A stretch of DNA of 63,446 bases, the filler included, from Phoronis australis (Eukaryota > Animalia > Phoronida), in the NCBI GenBank assembly GCA_002633005.1. It is 8 parts of 8 records of this genome, joined end to end, with 100 filler letters (N's around TTAATTAATTAA, not from the genome) between each part and the next. Parts side by side here need not be neighbours in the genome. Positions count along the whole stretch, not along the records: positions 34,852 to 39,043 come from NMRA01002070.1; positions 39,144 to 43,390 come from NMRA01002650.1; positions 43,491 to 45,625 come from NMRA01001966.1; positions 45,726 to 55,298 come from NMRA01001805.1; 4 more parts are not named here. One strand, written 5' to 3'. Both the position numbers and the translations under genes were made by a program. This document shows, piece by piece, positions 35,163 through 47,038 of the stretch. Numbering within the stretch: the stretch's first letter is position 1; each line of letters opens with the position of its first letter. The notes under the pieces are model-generated. The model worked only from the letters and a program-made list of their open reading frames with translations. It was not told where the DNA came from and did no database searches.

Positions 35163-35521
35163 TTGGGCCTAGTAGTCTGAAGCTGAAACGCCAGTTATCT
35201 CGTCTTTTACATTGCATTGACCCAGCCGTTAAGATGATAGTTGTTTTCAAACCTCGTCGTACACTTAACAATGTGCTGTGTAAACTGAAGTCACCTATTC
35301 CTTTATTAAATAAAAGCAATGTTGTTTATAAAGTTGAATGTGATAACTGTAAAGAATTCTACATAGGACTCACACACAGACGCGTCTGTGACAGAAGGAG
35401 AGAATATCACACCTCAGACAAAAGCAACGTCTATAGGCATTGAGTTAGCAACAATCTCCAAGCCAATTCAGTAAGTTTTATCAGTATGTAAAGGACGTAT
35501 AAAAGAATTACTGTACATTAA
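35163..35521 (+). mobile_element. Penelope-like element fragment (GIY-YIG region), same family as 3030-4450
   Basis: GPSSLKLKRQLSRLLHCIDPA...KSNVVYKVECDNCKEFYIGLTHRRVCDR is collinear with ~3810-4170 and has Lys where the first copy has TAG. Confidence 0.87.
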
Positions 35522-38500
35522 GTACTAGTCCACGAGAGCACCAACCATGAGCGGCAAGGTGGGGGTCAGCCGATTTTCACCAAATTTGGCACATATGTAG
35601 TCCTATGGGATCTATAAACAGCGGTAAAATATTTCCTCAAAATATTTTGTTTTTCTAAAGTTATAGGTCAAACACATTTTACGGTTTCGCAGCCATGTTT
35701 TCACGGTATAAAAACTGTCCAGTTTTAACTGTTCATATTTTTCCTTGAATGAAAGCTATTGATTTATTATTCACTTGGCATTGTTTAGTGGTGCCTATAG
35801 ATTGTTACACAGATGTCTTGAAACAAGATTCCGATTTATCACCCTCATTTAGTAGTTTTACTACACTGCCCCCCGTTATGCCATTTTGAGGTTGTGTTCA
35901 GTACACTGCTGTACCAAATCTGCCCCCACTGTTATGAGAATGAAACTTAGCCAAAATGTTGACAAAACATGTTACTTTCATTGCATAAAATAAAAACTTT
36001 GTCAGCCAGTTTATTAGTTATACATTTTGGCACCTCAAATGTACTAAAATGAGAAATTGTCATATATCTGAGATCGATGCGTGAGCACCGTAAAATCCGA
36101 TTGTCCTTCATATTTTTCGATATTTTGCAACAAGTTAGTTCCTCCTGAATGTTTTGAACGTTTTACTACTTATCACTTTGGGCTATAGTACCCCTAAATA
36201 CCATACACATGTACATGGCTCCATTTTGTAAAAAGCCGATTATGTCCTCCACAGTGAACAGGGTTAGACATGAACTCGACAAATGTAGGTTATTTTGATT
36301 TACAGTTGTTTTACTTTGCAATTTCCTCATGGGTATTTCTTCACACATATTCAAGTCAGATTTTCTGTTGATCAAATGTTCATGCAATGCATTGTAATAT
36401 CAAATGAATGATAAGTTTGGTGGCATGACCGCAGTTTTTCCCACGACTTAAAACAAAAGACCGCAGAAATTTTCCTGACGAAATACCGGGTTTGCAGTTC
36501 TCTAAAAACATTCGAATGACAAGACAAACTCCGCCACTGTCTGTGGCAACTCGTCGCATGTTTTTCGCCCATCGGTCCTATCATTGTTTTCCATTGTTGT
36601 GTCATTGTTGGATATAACAACACAGGTCGCATAGATATAGAACCTTGCGTACATCAGACCGTTGCCGATAAGTGCTCGTCATTATATCTTTATTATAACA
36701 ATGAAGATGCTAATCTATTGTTCTCTATGCGACCAGGTTTCCCGTGGATGACCACAGAAGAGGAATCCCAAAGTATCCACAAACAATGACGCACCTTAGT
36801 AGCTATTACCGCGCACACGAATCCTTTCCTTGGAACCTAAACACCAAATTTTTATATCCGTGTATTGTGTTGTATTGCTCATGGTACGGGTTCAGACTCT
36901 GTTGTATTAAGATTCCAATCCCCAACCCTGTAATCTGTAGTTTGAGTAAAATTTCAAGACAATGCAGGTTTATGGATTTATTCTCCTTTAAATGAAGAGT
37001 AAAAATCAAATTCTGCACAGGTTTTTTAAAAGTAATCACTTATTGGAAGATCACACATCTAAAAAATAAAACAATGTTTGACAATTTTATTCATTATCTT
37101 ATTTGAAAATTGCCTACCTCACAGACAACTCATCTAAGTTGAAAATATTCCTTGTGAAAAATATAAAATACCAACCAGAGACTTGTGTACTACAGAATAT
37201 GTTTTGGTAATACAATGCAAAGATAACTGAACAGTCAAAAGTGCAAATATTATGACTCTAATAAAAATTGCCTTCTAGATCTTTTCAACACTCCAATTGC
37301 TACAGGACAGAGTCAACCACACAAAGCCCATAAAGTCAGGGAATTACATTTAAGGTGATGTAGTCTCACTGCGAAAAAGTGATTTCGCAATATCGCTGGA
37401 AATCTCTTCTTCACAAACTTGAGGTAGCTGTATTTACCACATCAATGTTCTTATCAAAACTAACCACCACAAAATGAAAAATTGGCTTGTCGGTTCCAAT
37501 TAGGCAGCATTTTACAATGAAATGGTCATGAAAAAATACTTTTGCAACATGGTTTGCATTACAATTGCCCACGATTACAGTTGTACATACATACTAGACC
37601 AGTAACAAAATTACCCATGGGAACCATAAAATGGTCAATTCGCCAAAAAAACAAGGAGCCACCAGAGCTAATGTGCCAATACTTTTCAGTACTGCAACAA
37701 AAAATCGTTTGAAGTGGACATAAACTCGCCTAAAATCACATAAAACAACTTTTGATTTAGACATTTTACCATGATCTTGAAATAGGTATTACTTCCAGGT
37801 CACTTTTGAGCAATTTCAGAACTTTGAAAGATCTGGCAATATGCAATTGCTAGAGACCAGACTAATAGTGTGTGATTTTATATACACAGCATGGTCTCAA
37901 GGAATAGCAAATTGTCAATTCGCTATAATTCCACAAATCACTTCCCATCTCTATAAGGAACAAACTGAGCAAAGTTTATAGAGGTAAATGGTCTAAATCA
38001 AAACTTATTACCTCCTGGGCAGAATATGGGTTTACAACCCAGGTAGAAAGATAAGTTAACAAAACCAGCCTAACTGCAACAGGGTCTCAAATTTCAGTAA
38101 TATATACCCATTTACAAACAAATCTATAATGGTGAATAAAATGCGAAAACATAAATTCAGATCAATTATGCATCTTCAAGGAAAAGGAACAGTACAGTGG
38201 TCAGAAATCATCTAAATGTGATGGCCACACTGAGAAATCCTGTCAGACCAAAAGATCCAGTGGCTAAACGAAATGAACAATGTACCATTACCATGTGGCC
38301 CAAGATCATGATCCGTGCCTGGAGAAAAATAAATAGTACAGTGGTCAGAAATCATCTAAATGTGATGGCGACACTGAGAAATCCTGTCAGACCAAAAAAT
38401 CCAGTGGTTTAAAAACAAAATGAACAATGTACCATTACCATGTGGCCTAGGATCATGATCCGTGCCTGGACAAAAATTCAGTCTTAGACTAGGTAAATTT

Positions 38501-39043
38501 TAGATTTGTGCTGTTCACACAAGCAGTTCTGGTGCAAACAAAGCTTGCGACAACACACAAGCCTACTTCCCTACACAGCTGTGCTGATACAATAATGCCC
38601 CCACTGGATTTAGCAGATCAGCCAGAGTATTTACAGGTCCAGCCACTGTACTGTTTCCTCGTTTTGAATTTTTACAATGCTACATCCTTGACAATCGCAG
38701 ATTGCCTCTTTCAATGCATACTCCACTTCCTCTGTCCCAGTTTCCCCACATTTTCTGACAGTGGCCTATCTCAACAAATTACTTTGGAACTGTTGTGGTA
38801 TAAGCCAGTAATCTTTGGCAAATACTTTTTCCCCGACTCGTTCCTCAAGCTACAAATTCTCTTTGACATATCTCCTGGGAGTAGACTTTTCGGCCTCTCT
38901 CTAGCCCCCTCACTTAGATGTCCACAAGGGTACCTTCTTGCTGGTTGTGAACTTTTCGATACCCAACCTTTACTAATAATCGGCAAGTCTCCAACTTCAG
39001 CAGAAGCCACTTCTTCAGCATAAGCCTTTCCTGATTCCTAAAA
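35522..39043 (-). mobile_element. Putative large TTAA-inserting DNA transposon (Sola3-like), truncated by a linker
   Basis: Penelope homology stops exactly at TTAA (35518-35521). Minus-strand remnants at ~39035-38750 (KGWVSKSSQPARR, PGDMSKRICSLRNESGKK, VFAKDYWLIPQQFQS) resemble the GWALK...MR...G-x-K-x-F...WLT-x-QQI-x-S C-terminal region I associate with Sola3-type transposases. Confidence 0.45.
38191..38478. repeat. 144-bp direct tandem duplication (2 copies)
   Basis: AGTACAGTGGTCAGAAATCATCTAAATGTGATGG starts at 38191 and 38335; the copies are near-identical. Confidence 0.92.
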
Positions 39044-39143
39044 NNNNNNNNNNNNNNNNNNNNNNNNNNNNNNNNNNNNNNNNNNNNTTAATTAATTAAN
39101 NNNNNNNNNNNNNNNNNNNNNNNNNNNNNNNNNNNNNNNNNNN
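39044..39143. other. Artificial contig linker
   Basis: 44 N + TTAATTAATTAA + 44 N. Confidence 0.97.
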
Positions 39144-40680
39144 AAAAATAGTCCGCATCTTAATGTGTATAGGATTATTTCAAGGTTGTAAGGAAGTTGG
39201 AATGATGTCAATGGGACTGGCAACTCTTGGGTTGTGCTACGCAGTTTTAAATTATTTTTGAGAGTGACGATTGAAGTGCTCTCTTTTATTTTGGATGGTA
39301 AGGAATTTCAGTTGCCAATGCAAGTTAATATCGTAGATCTCGTAAAGGATTGGCTGAGGGAAGATGGTATAGTGTATATACACGTATTACATTGTCGCAG
39401 TCCTGGCCTTGTGTTAAGTCTTCTGTTAGAGTCAATTGAGGATTTTGTTTGAATAATTGTTCATGTTGTTTAAGGCTTTCAATGTATACATGGGCAGGTG
39501 GAGTTTACGACGGGTTGCTAGTTTGCTCCAGTTGAGACTGTTTAGAACCTTGATTGTACAGTTGAGATTTTAAAGATGTCTTGAAGTATGGGGGAAGTTC
39601 CTACATATGGGTAGAGTGTAAGCATTACAACTGGAGCTTGATATAATCCAAAGGGTCCTTTTCTGGGCTGTCTGGAGTTTCTTAGTGTTGCCAAAACCCC
39701 AAGTTGAAATTGGTCGTAGTTTAAATGTGGGAGGACAAGTGAATTATACATTAACTTGAAAGCTGAGAGAGGAAGATAAAATTTCAATTCCTAAATGAGT
39801 CCACCGAGTTTATTCAGTTTGTTTGAAATGAGGTTTATGTGTTTATGTGGGGGGGCACCACGAGACGTTTTTGTCAACGGCACCAAGGAAAAGGAAATCG
39901 TCCAAGTGACTGGTTATTTTGGTATTTATATAAACGGTGGAAATAAAGCATTTTTATCTTTCTTTTGGGAGTAGTGGAAGATCATTCATTTACTTTTTGA
40001 TGTATTATTTGACTCTCTGTTCACGGAAAACCAGACTGAAATAGATTCAAGGTGACTGTTGATCGTGGCTGATTGTTGTAAAGTGTGTTGGGAAGATTCA
40101 GAGGGTGTGACAAGACAAGTGTCGTCAGCATAAAGAAGTGTATCCATGGGAGAATACGGGAGATCATTGATGTAACTTAAAAAGAAAAGTAGGCCAAGGA
40201 CAGAACCTTGGGGAACTCCGGTAGATACTGGTAAGCAACTTGTGTTTGGATATTTTGTTCTATAATTTTCGAAATTGTGGGGAGAATAGAAGTGGGTCTA
40301 TAATTGCCATGGTGATCTGCGTTCAAATGATACTGATTAAAAATAGGGATTTTCCTTTTGCAATCTTGACAACATCTGGAAATATATCGGTGTGCAAGCA
40401 TTGGTTAATGGTGGTCGTGAGAGGTTCAATTATAAAAGAACTGCTCATTTTGATAATTTTGGATAAGTTGTCATGAAAAGTGCTATTTATTTGCGTCCAT
40501 TTCCCTTATAATATGTTGTACAAATTTATTATTTACGTGTTTGAAAGACATTTCATTTGGCTGGGAAGATAGCCTTTGAAACTCTTGTTGATTCAGAAAG
40601 AGAGTGGGCCGATTTGGGTAAAGTAGATGTTGACTAAACTTGCCACTTCGGGTAGGTCACTGGTTTTAGTGTTATTTATT
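39144..40680 (-). mobile_element. Degenerate CR1/L2-group non-LTR retrotransposon RT fragment
   Basis: Minus-strand motifs NYRPTSILPTISKIIEQ, GVPQGSVLG, LLYADDTCL and MYNSLVLPHLNY, with frameshifts and internal deletions. Confidence 0.87.
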
Positions 40681-41277
40681 ATGTGAACGACATTCTGGGG
40701 TACCTTTGGTCTCGGTCGATACGCGGAATAATGTCTCGTGGGATATTACTTCGTCAACGCCACTCTCGGTACGTTTTGTGTATGTATATATTCTACATTT
40801 TGTCAAACAACAGAATCCTTCAGAGGATTTGGATCGCCTCGTTTAGTGTCAGAATTATTTTTTTACGTTACAGATATTTTAAAACGCAACGAAAAATACA
40901 TGCGTAAGGCGTGTGTGTTAATTCACAATTCACACGTTCACAACGACGATATTGATTACCTCAATTACAAAGAGAGTAGATTGGCATGGCACTGTTCGAC
41001 TGATGAGAAACTTTATAGCAAAAGCCATGACTGTTCGTAAAAATTAATTAATATTTAACGTATCTGGTTATATCTTGAATGTGACGTACGTATTTACTAC
41101 ACACAAAAACAATGTCAATGTAAGGAGAATTATTGGAGTCGGAAACTGAGACTTCTTCCACATGTAACAGATCAGATAAACTGCGATTGTCATGAATGTG
41201 AAACGTGATGCATTTCCTTTATGACGTCACCTACAGAATATAATGGCAGATTATACATGTAGGTTAGGGTAAGTCTG

Positions 41278-41528
41278 GAGCCCGTTCCAATAAAACTGAC
41301 TTAGCAAAGACAAAGCTTAAATTTCAGTCCATTAAACTTAAACTTGTTTCACGACCGTTTAAACAAAGAGGTCCTAAATTTGACTTAAGTTTTTGACATA
41401 ATTTTTATGTTAATTTTGACTGTCTTACCATTACTAATGCCAGATATGAAAGTTTCAAAGTTTAGAAGTTTAGACGAATCTTAGACTTAAGTCAAAAACG
41501 AACTCAATCAGTTTCTTGGAACGGGTCC
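41278..41528. mobile_element. PIF/Harbinger-like MITE with 3-bp TSD CTG
   Basis: TIRs GAGCCCGTTCCAATAAAACTGA and TCAGTTTCTTGGAACGGGTCC; CTG flanks both sides (41275-41277 and 41529-41531). Confidence 0.7.
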
Positions 41529-41722
41529 CTGATTTACAACGCTTTTTAATTTTTTACAGTAAAATTAATAATCTTTTCCAAGCAAAACACTTCGTTACGT
41601 TCTGAAGATTAAAAGGAAGTTGACAAACAGTGGTTACAGTCACGTGATGATCATGGCTTAATTTCTCTTTTTAACTGTAATTTCAGGTCCAAGGAAAGTT
41701 CATTTGACCTGGCCCTGTTCAA

Positions 41723-42910
41723 ATGTATTGTTTTGACAACATCCGCCGGCGCAAGTTTCTATTTTACTTTGACGGTTCCAACGACAGTTTTGTAAAGTGC
41801 TCGTGGCCAATCAACGTGAAGTGTTTCTTGATTTACCGTGGAGTCGTAGCCCTTTATGAGTTCACACTTTTCTTACTAGAGCCAATGTTAGTTGTCAAGG
41901 CTTACGAATTGCCTGGTGAAGTTGCGTGGAAGTGTTTTGCACACTTCGAAGTGTGGCATAACGGTGTTGTAGTCTCGTATTTTATGGTGGCGTTTATTAC
42001 GCAGCTTTACAGATTTAAGATCAAGAAAAACGAGATATCTCCAGAAGAAAGTCTCAACGGTAGCAGTGAAGGAAACTTCAGCGCGAATGATTTAAAGGTT
42101 ACCTTGCCGAGGTCTTCAGCAGAAACCACTCTCAGGTCGAGTGTTATTGACACAAAAAAGATGGCGGATGAAAACTCGATTCATTCTCACCTAGTATTTA
42201 ATCCTCCGCATGACACACTCAAGTGGTACAATAAAACACGATGGGTTCTTCTAAACATTTCATTCAATGCCGGAATAATGCTAGTGACTATATTTTGGGT
42301 GACATTCTTTTTAATCAAGCCGGCGAAAAAGAAATTTCATTTCCTAGACTTCCACCGGAACATAATCGGGTTTAGTCTACTCATATTGGAGATGGGTCTT
42401 ATTTCACATCCTGTGTACATTGAACATTTCTGGCACACCAGTGTATTTGGTTGTATTTACTTTGCTTTTGTCACCACATATGTATTCAATGGCGGAACTA
42501 ATCTACACGGCGATAATAGAGTGGACATGATTGACCCTAATAACATGGGACTCGTTGCAGCGTTCTTAGCATGCAGTGTGTTACTGGGATTCTTAAACCA
42601 AGTCCTAGCTGTCGTGCTGGTTACCTTAAGAAAAAAAGTCGCCTTAAAGTTTTGTACTGCACACTCAGAGGAAATAAGGAAAGTCACCGTTCATGCGGAT
42701 ATTTCGCAACTATGTCAATCGGGTAAAAATGCCTACAGTGACGCCTTCTTTGAGAGAAACTTTCAGCAAACGGTAGCCAGTCATGGTGGTAAAAAGAAAG
42801 GCGATTTCAAAGGCAGCACATGTTCGTTAAACCCGACAATACTGAAACACCAAGTCAGCGGCTTGCGAGGTCTCAGCACTGCTGAGTCACATTCATCAAG
42901 ACTTTCTTAA
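41723..42910 (+). CDS. Rolling-stone-like multi-pass membrane protein (FAR-17a/AIG1-like superfamily), 395 aa, single coding exon
   Basis: About six hydrophobic segments and the motifs LIYRGVVALY, WYNKTRWVLLNI, VTIFW, LEMGLISHPVYIEHFW and YVFNGGTNLHG. A splice acceptor (ttttaactgtaatttcAG, AG at 41685-41686) lies upstream of the ATG. Confidence 0.82.
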   Translation: MYCFDNIRRRKFLFYFDGSNDSFVKCSWPINVKCFLIYRGVVALYEFTLFLLEPMLVVKAYELPGEVAWKCFAHFEVWHNGVVVSYFMVAFITQLYRFKIKKNEISPEESLNGSSEGNFSANDLKVTLPRSSAETTLRSSVIDTKKMADENSIHSHLVFNPPHDTLKWYNKTRWVLLNISFNAGIMLVTIFWVTFFLIKPAKKKFHFLDFHRNIIGFSLLILEMGLISHPVYIEHFWHTSVFGCIYFAFVTTYVFNGGTNLHGDNRVDMIDPNNMGLVAAFLACSVLLGFLNQVLAVVLVTLRKKVALKFCTAHSEEIRKVTVHADISQLCQSGKNAYSDAFFERNFQQTVASHGGKKKGDFKGSTCSLNPTILKHQVSGLRGLSTAESHSSRLS

Positions 42911-43390
42911 GAAGCAACCACTTGTGCAGCATATCAAAATATATATTTCATATCGAGACCTTGTCCGTCTTCATACTAGCGCTCGATTGCAGATCCATAG
43001 CCAGCATAGCGCAGGGGGTGGTTCGAATAGTGGACCTTTGATATTTTGTAAACGTTGGTTGACGCTGTGGAGTTTACATTTAAGGCCCCCAGTTGACGCC
43101 ACTTAATCAGGGGGAAGAAAAATTGGTTTACGCAGCGATGACTCTCAGCTCTATGCTTTTTTGATGAGACGGAATACCAGAGATGAGGATGCCGGGACGG
43201 TTGCTCGCAAAGAATGGGACTCAATTCGGATGTAATCAGTGTGGTCCAAAACTTTCTCGGGTTACTTCTTGCCAAATTTTGATATGAGGCATGCTAAAAT
43301 GAATGATTACACGTACCTGGACAGAAATATCCAGTCGGAGAACAACTTGACGAAATTTTTTATCAAGTTATATTTTTGCGCGTTACTTAA

Positions 43391-43490
43391 NNNNNNNNNN
43401 NNNNNNNNNNNNNNNNNNNNNNNNNNNNNNNNNNTTAATTAATTAANNNNNNNNNNNNNNNNNNNNNNNNNNNNNNNNNNNNNNNNNNNN
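43391..43490. other. Artificial contig linker
   Basis: 44 N + TTAATTAATTAA + 44 N. Confidence 0.97.
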
Positions 43491-43879
43491 ACGTATAGTT
43501 TCCTTCAGCTGCTTGTTTGGCGTATATGTTGCGCGGTACCCGGTTCATAGAATAAATAGTTACGGGTCGCAGTTAGGCAGTTGTTTGTGTACGGTAATGG
43601 TTCCCAGTTGTAGAATAGATAGTACGGGTTCCAGTTAATTATGTATTGTTAGCGAGGTAGTATTTGCCTGTCATAGAGTCATTGGCGCGAGTCTTTCTAA
43701 CGCTCTGATATAGTGCTTGTTAATTACGCTTGCTTGCCGAATACTCAGACTGTGTGTGTTTTTCTTTATTGCAGATAACCACGCTTTTCCGGTTTCTACT
43801 TTTCATCGCTTGCAACTAAATAAAGTGTGTTATGCAAACGGCTTCTTTTAATTTATCCCTGTAGCCAGACGCGGCTACA
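43491..43879 (+). mobile_element. Probable 3' part of an LTR inserted into the Gypsy element
   Basis: AATAAA near 43819 and a terminus ...GGCTACA abutting the Gypsy integrase sequence; the 5' end is lost in the linker. Confidence 0.35.
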
Positions 43880-44524
43880 GAACCGGACTCAATTTTCTTA
43901 AAGCATCTACAACACACCATGCGTACTGTGCAGCCCGCCCCTCCTAATTTCCATGGCGATCGCCCCAGTTATATACCCTCCAACTTGGCGTCTACAGGGT
44001 ATGTGTATGTGCGCCACGATGCTTACCGTCATCCGCTTCAGCGCCCCTACGATTGCCCGTATCGCATACTCAACACAAATGACAAGGTCTACACTCTTGA
44101 CATTAAGGGTCGCGAGCAGACGGTTTCTGTTGATCGCCTCAAAGCCGCTTATGTCACCCAGTTCACGACCTCGGATGACACCTTCACACGTCCCGATGCC
44201 TCTACGCCATTAGTGCTCCCCTCGTCGGCGGCTCCCTTGACTCCACCGACCGACCTGTGCCATCAACGTCTGTTGCTGCCGATCAACCTTCTAAAGTTAC
44301 TCGTTCTGGTCGCGTTTCGCGCTTGCCCGTGCGTTTTCGTGATTCTCCACCCATTGCCTTAGTCCTCCGCTTGGAGGGGGGGGGGTACTGTGGTGCCACC
44401 TATCAGTTATAACGATTTGTTAAATCACTGTAGTTTAGTCTCGTTTTTCAATTATACCAACATCAAGTGTCTGCTTCAATATAGTATTTTATTCGCTTAT
44501 AATTGTGTGTTTCTGACTCCTACA
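43880..44524 (+). mobile_element. 3' end of a Ty3/Gypsy LTR retrotransposon (CsRn1-like): integrase C-terminus, PPT and short LTR
   Basis: GPY/F module YVYVRHDAYRHPLQRPYDCPYRIL...VSVDRLKAAY; polypurine tract GGAGGGGGGGGGG at ~44373-44385, followed by an LTR start TGTGGTG at 44389. The LTR end is approximate. Confidence 0.8.
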
Positions 44525-45300
44525 CTACTATCTACGCAGAAGCACTGCAGGACTTGCGGCAACCTGTATTACTGGGACGACGCCCCTATCCGGTCTGACC
44601 AGTTTCTGTGACGGTGCGGCCCCTGCCGAACTTCCGTATCGGCTAGACGCGACGGGAGTTTCTTTTCCAAGTCCAAGCTCACGCAGTTCAATTACCAGTG
44701 GTCAATGGACAAGTTGCCTATGGCAACCATCAGGCACGAACTGGGCACTCGCTGGTTCCACCAAGACCCTAGTAGATTGGAACAACTTCATGCGTGACGT
44801 GTGCCAGGCAGATTACACCAACAATTTCGCGCCCACTGGAGGTCCCGAGACCGGACCATAGTTGAGGTGAGAAACTAACATAGAACTCTCGATCGCTATC
44901 AATGTAGTACGTAAAATAAACCCTGTTCAATTAAGTGTTGATAATTAAATATAAGAGTTAATTTATACTTTTTAACAAAGTACAGACCTCCCAATGACAA
45001 TTCAACTTGAAAGCTAATCGCCTCTAAAAGTCGTTGTTACCAAAAATAAATAAAATGTTTACCATACAAAAAAACACGATTGACGCCTTTTCTTCATTTC
45101 AAATATTACTTAAATTTAGAAATGAAAGATCACCTACATTTACATCATTTTCCAGATCGACGAATCGAAAGTTGGAAGGGGAAAGTACAACCGGGGACGC
45201 CTCGTTGACGGAAGATGGGTGCTTGGTGGCGTAAACAGGGCAGACAAGACTGCGATGTTCCTGGTACCTGTAAATCGCCGAAACGCAGCAACACTTCCTC
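44525..45300 (+). mobile_element. Merlin (IS1016/ISXO2-like) transposase pseudogene containing a spliceosomal intron (44867-45155)
   Basis: HCRTCGN...L*RCGPC...RDGSFFSKSKL...KTLVDWNNFMRDVC...GGP...IVE | GTGAGA...ttttccAG | IDESKVGRGKYNRGRLVDGRWVLGGVNRADKTAMFLVPVNRRNAATL. One stop and two frameshifts occur in the first exon. Confidence 0.88.
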
Positions 45301-45625
45301 GCTGGTCCCCTACGTGCCTGGCCAGCACGCAGATATCACGCAGTGGCACACGCTTTAGCATTGGTTGATATAACCTCAGCAGTCATTGGTTAGCTTTACA
45401 ACACCGTGAAAAAATGCCGGACTGTGAACGATTTTTAGTCTTGTCATGCAAGTGGCGTGCAGCAACTATTTCGTTTCTGCAGTGATGTTTAATAGCGGCG
45501 TGCTTGAAGCACATACATGTACAATAAACACGTATCTGGCCGAATTAACCGGTGTGTTATTCACACTGTATGAATACAGGACAGTATGTAAACAAAAGTC
45601 ATCGACAGTAGAAAGATCGGCCAGG

Positions 45626-45725
45626 NNNNNNNNNNNNNNNNNNNNNNNNNNNNNNNNNNNNNNNNNNNNTTAATTAATTAANNNNNNNNNNNNNNNNNNN
45701 NNNNNNNNNNNNNNNNNNNNNNNNN
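45626..45725. other. Artificial contig linker
   Basis: 44 N + TTAATTAATTAA + 44 N. Confidence 0.97.
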
Positions 45726-45915
45726 TTCTGACGGTGCACCAACAAAATGGCCGTTGCCCTAGAACGAAACTGAGTTGCACCGGCAAAAAACGCGAACACA
45801 AAAGCAAGCACATGATTTTAGTGATGGCTTTTGGCTGCGGAGACTTAGTCTGAGTACTGACCATGTGAAAACAAAAAACGCAAAAAAAAAAGGTTCGTGA
45901 AGGCTTTATTCTTAC

Positions 45916-46185
45916 CGGCTGGTTTATCGTCGAGGAGGACGAGTGCGGCATCTCGTGTCTTCAAGTCGAAGCACTTGACTGCGCAGACGAAAGCCTGACC
46001 GCCCGCTCGGCCCATGATTTCCTTCTTCCAACATGTCATGTTGAAGTTGCAGTCTTTAAAGATGGCCATGGCGGTCTCACCCAGGCATTTAGCGGCGCAC
46101 TTCAGAAAGTCACCCATGCCTTCCAAGTCTTCTTCGCTGTGGACCCCTTGCGACGCCATTTTGAACTTGACGTCAGCCGAGGCCA
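45916..46185 (-). CDS. Coding exon 2 of a secreted six-cysteine peptide precursor (gene 3'-partial)
   Basis: Acceptor ttccctatttcAG (46187-46186), donor GTAAGA at 45915; 270 bp, phase 1 to phase 1, GC-richer than its flanks. Encodes ASADVKFKMASQGVHSEEDLEGMGDFLKCAAKCLGETAMAIFKDCNFNMTCWKKEIMGRAGGQAFVCAVKCFDLKTRDAALVLLDDKPA. Confidence 0.8.
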
Positions 46186-46980
46186 CTGAAATAGGGAATC
46201 ACCGGCGGTAAGTTTGTAGCAATATTCCAGTAGTGCGTTGCCGCACATTGATTCCTTTGAGCATTACACCAAAATTTCAATATGACAATATGAGCATAGT
46301 ATTAAGTTGTGTCGTCAATGATATTTATTCATAAACATTTTACATGTATGAAGACAGCATCATCTTCAAATTTACACATCAGTCACAATAAAACAAAGCA
46401 GTACTTAAGAATAAAATTATCTTCACTATTTCGTGAAGCCAGACATTTATTTAGTAAAGCGGCAATGTTGTTTGCACTAAAGAGGATAACCTACGGTATA
46501 AATCATCACCGGATGTAGCTTGAATTGGATGTTAATAAAAGTGTGATTAGGCCAAATGAAATTGAACAGTTGGACCTTGTCTGTTTACAATTTATTTCCA
46601 AACATGCGCCTCGCTGTTCAAAGAAACAGTTGGTTTTTAACAAAGTTTGGTGTCAACTTAGCAAAATTCACGGCGTTCGTGGCATTACTAAGAACTAGAC
46701 TCTAAAACCACGTGCTCTCCAACCTCGTCGGCCGGAGTACAGTCGAGTGCACCGATGAAGCTGCAAAAAACATCGCACATCACTTCACCTCTCATGTACA
46801 CTCACAGATACATTGGTCTTAGAAACACAGACCAGAAACAATTGCGCTTTTTGGACCTAACTAAATGTCAATTCAAATAAATGTCACTCATCACGAAACC
46901 GTTTTCGATAGGAACTCCAAAACTGAATAACTAAAGACATTATGTCAGAACAATAAGTTACTCTATTCAACAGGTATTAC

Positions 46981-47038
46981 CTGAGCACACTGCGGCAGAC
47001 AAGACGCCCAACACTGCGAGTACTGCAAACGACTTCAT
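46981..47038 (-). CDS. Coding exon 1 (signal peptide) of the same precursor
   Basis: ATG at 47038, MKSFAVLAVLGVLSAAVCS plus one G, donor GTAATA at 46980 (phase 1, compatible with exon 2). An acceptor ttctggttcAG at 47047-47046 implies an upstream non-coding exon. Confidence 0.8.

Noticed and set aside
45916-46185. Small Tim (twin CX3C) mitochondrial chaperone
   Set aside because: The two CX3C motifs are 33 residues apart with two extra cysteines between them, and the protein has a secretory signal exon.
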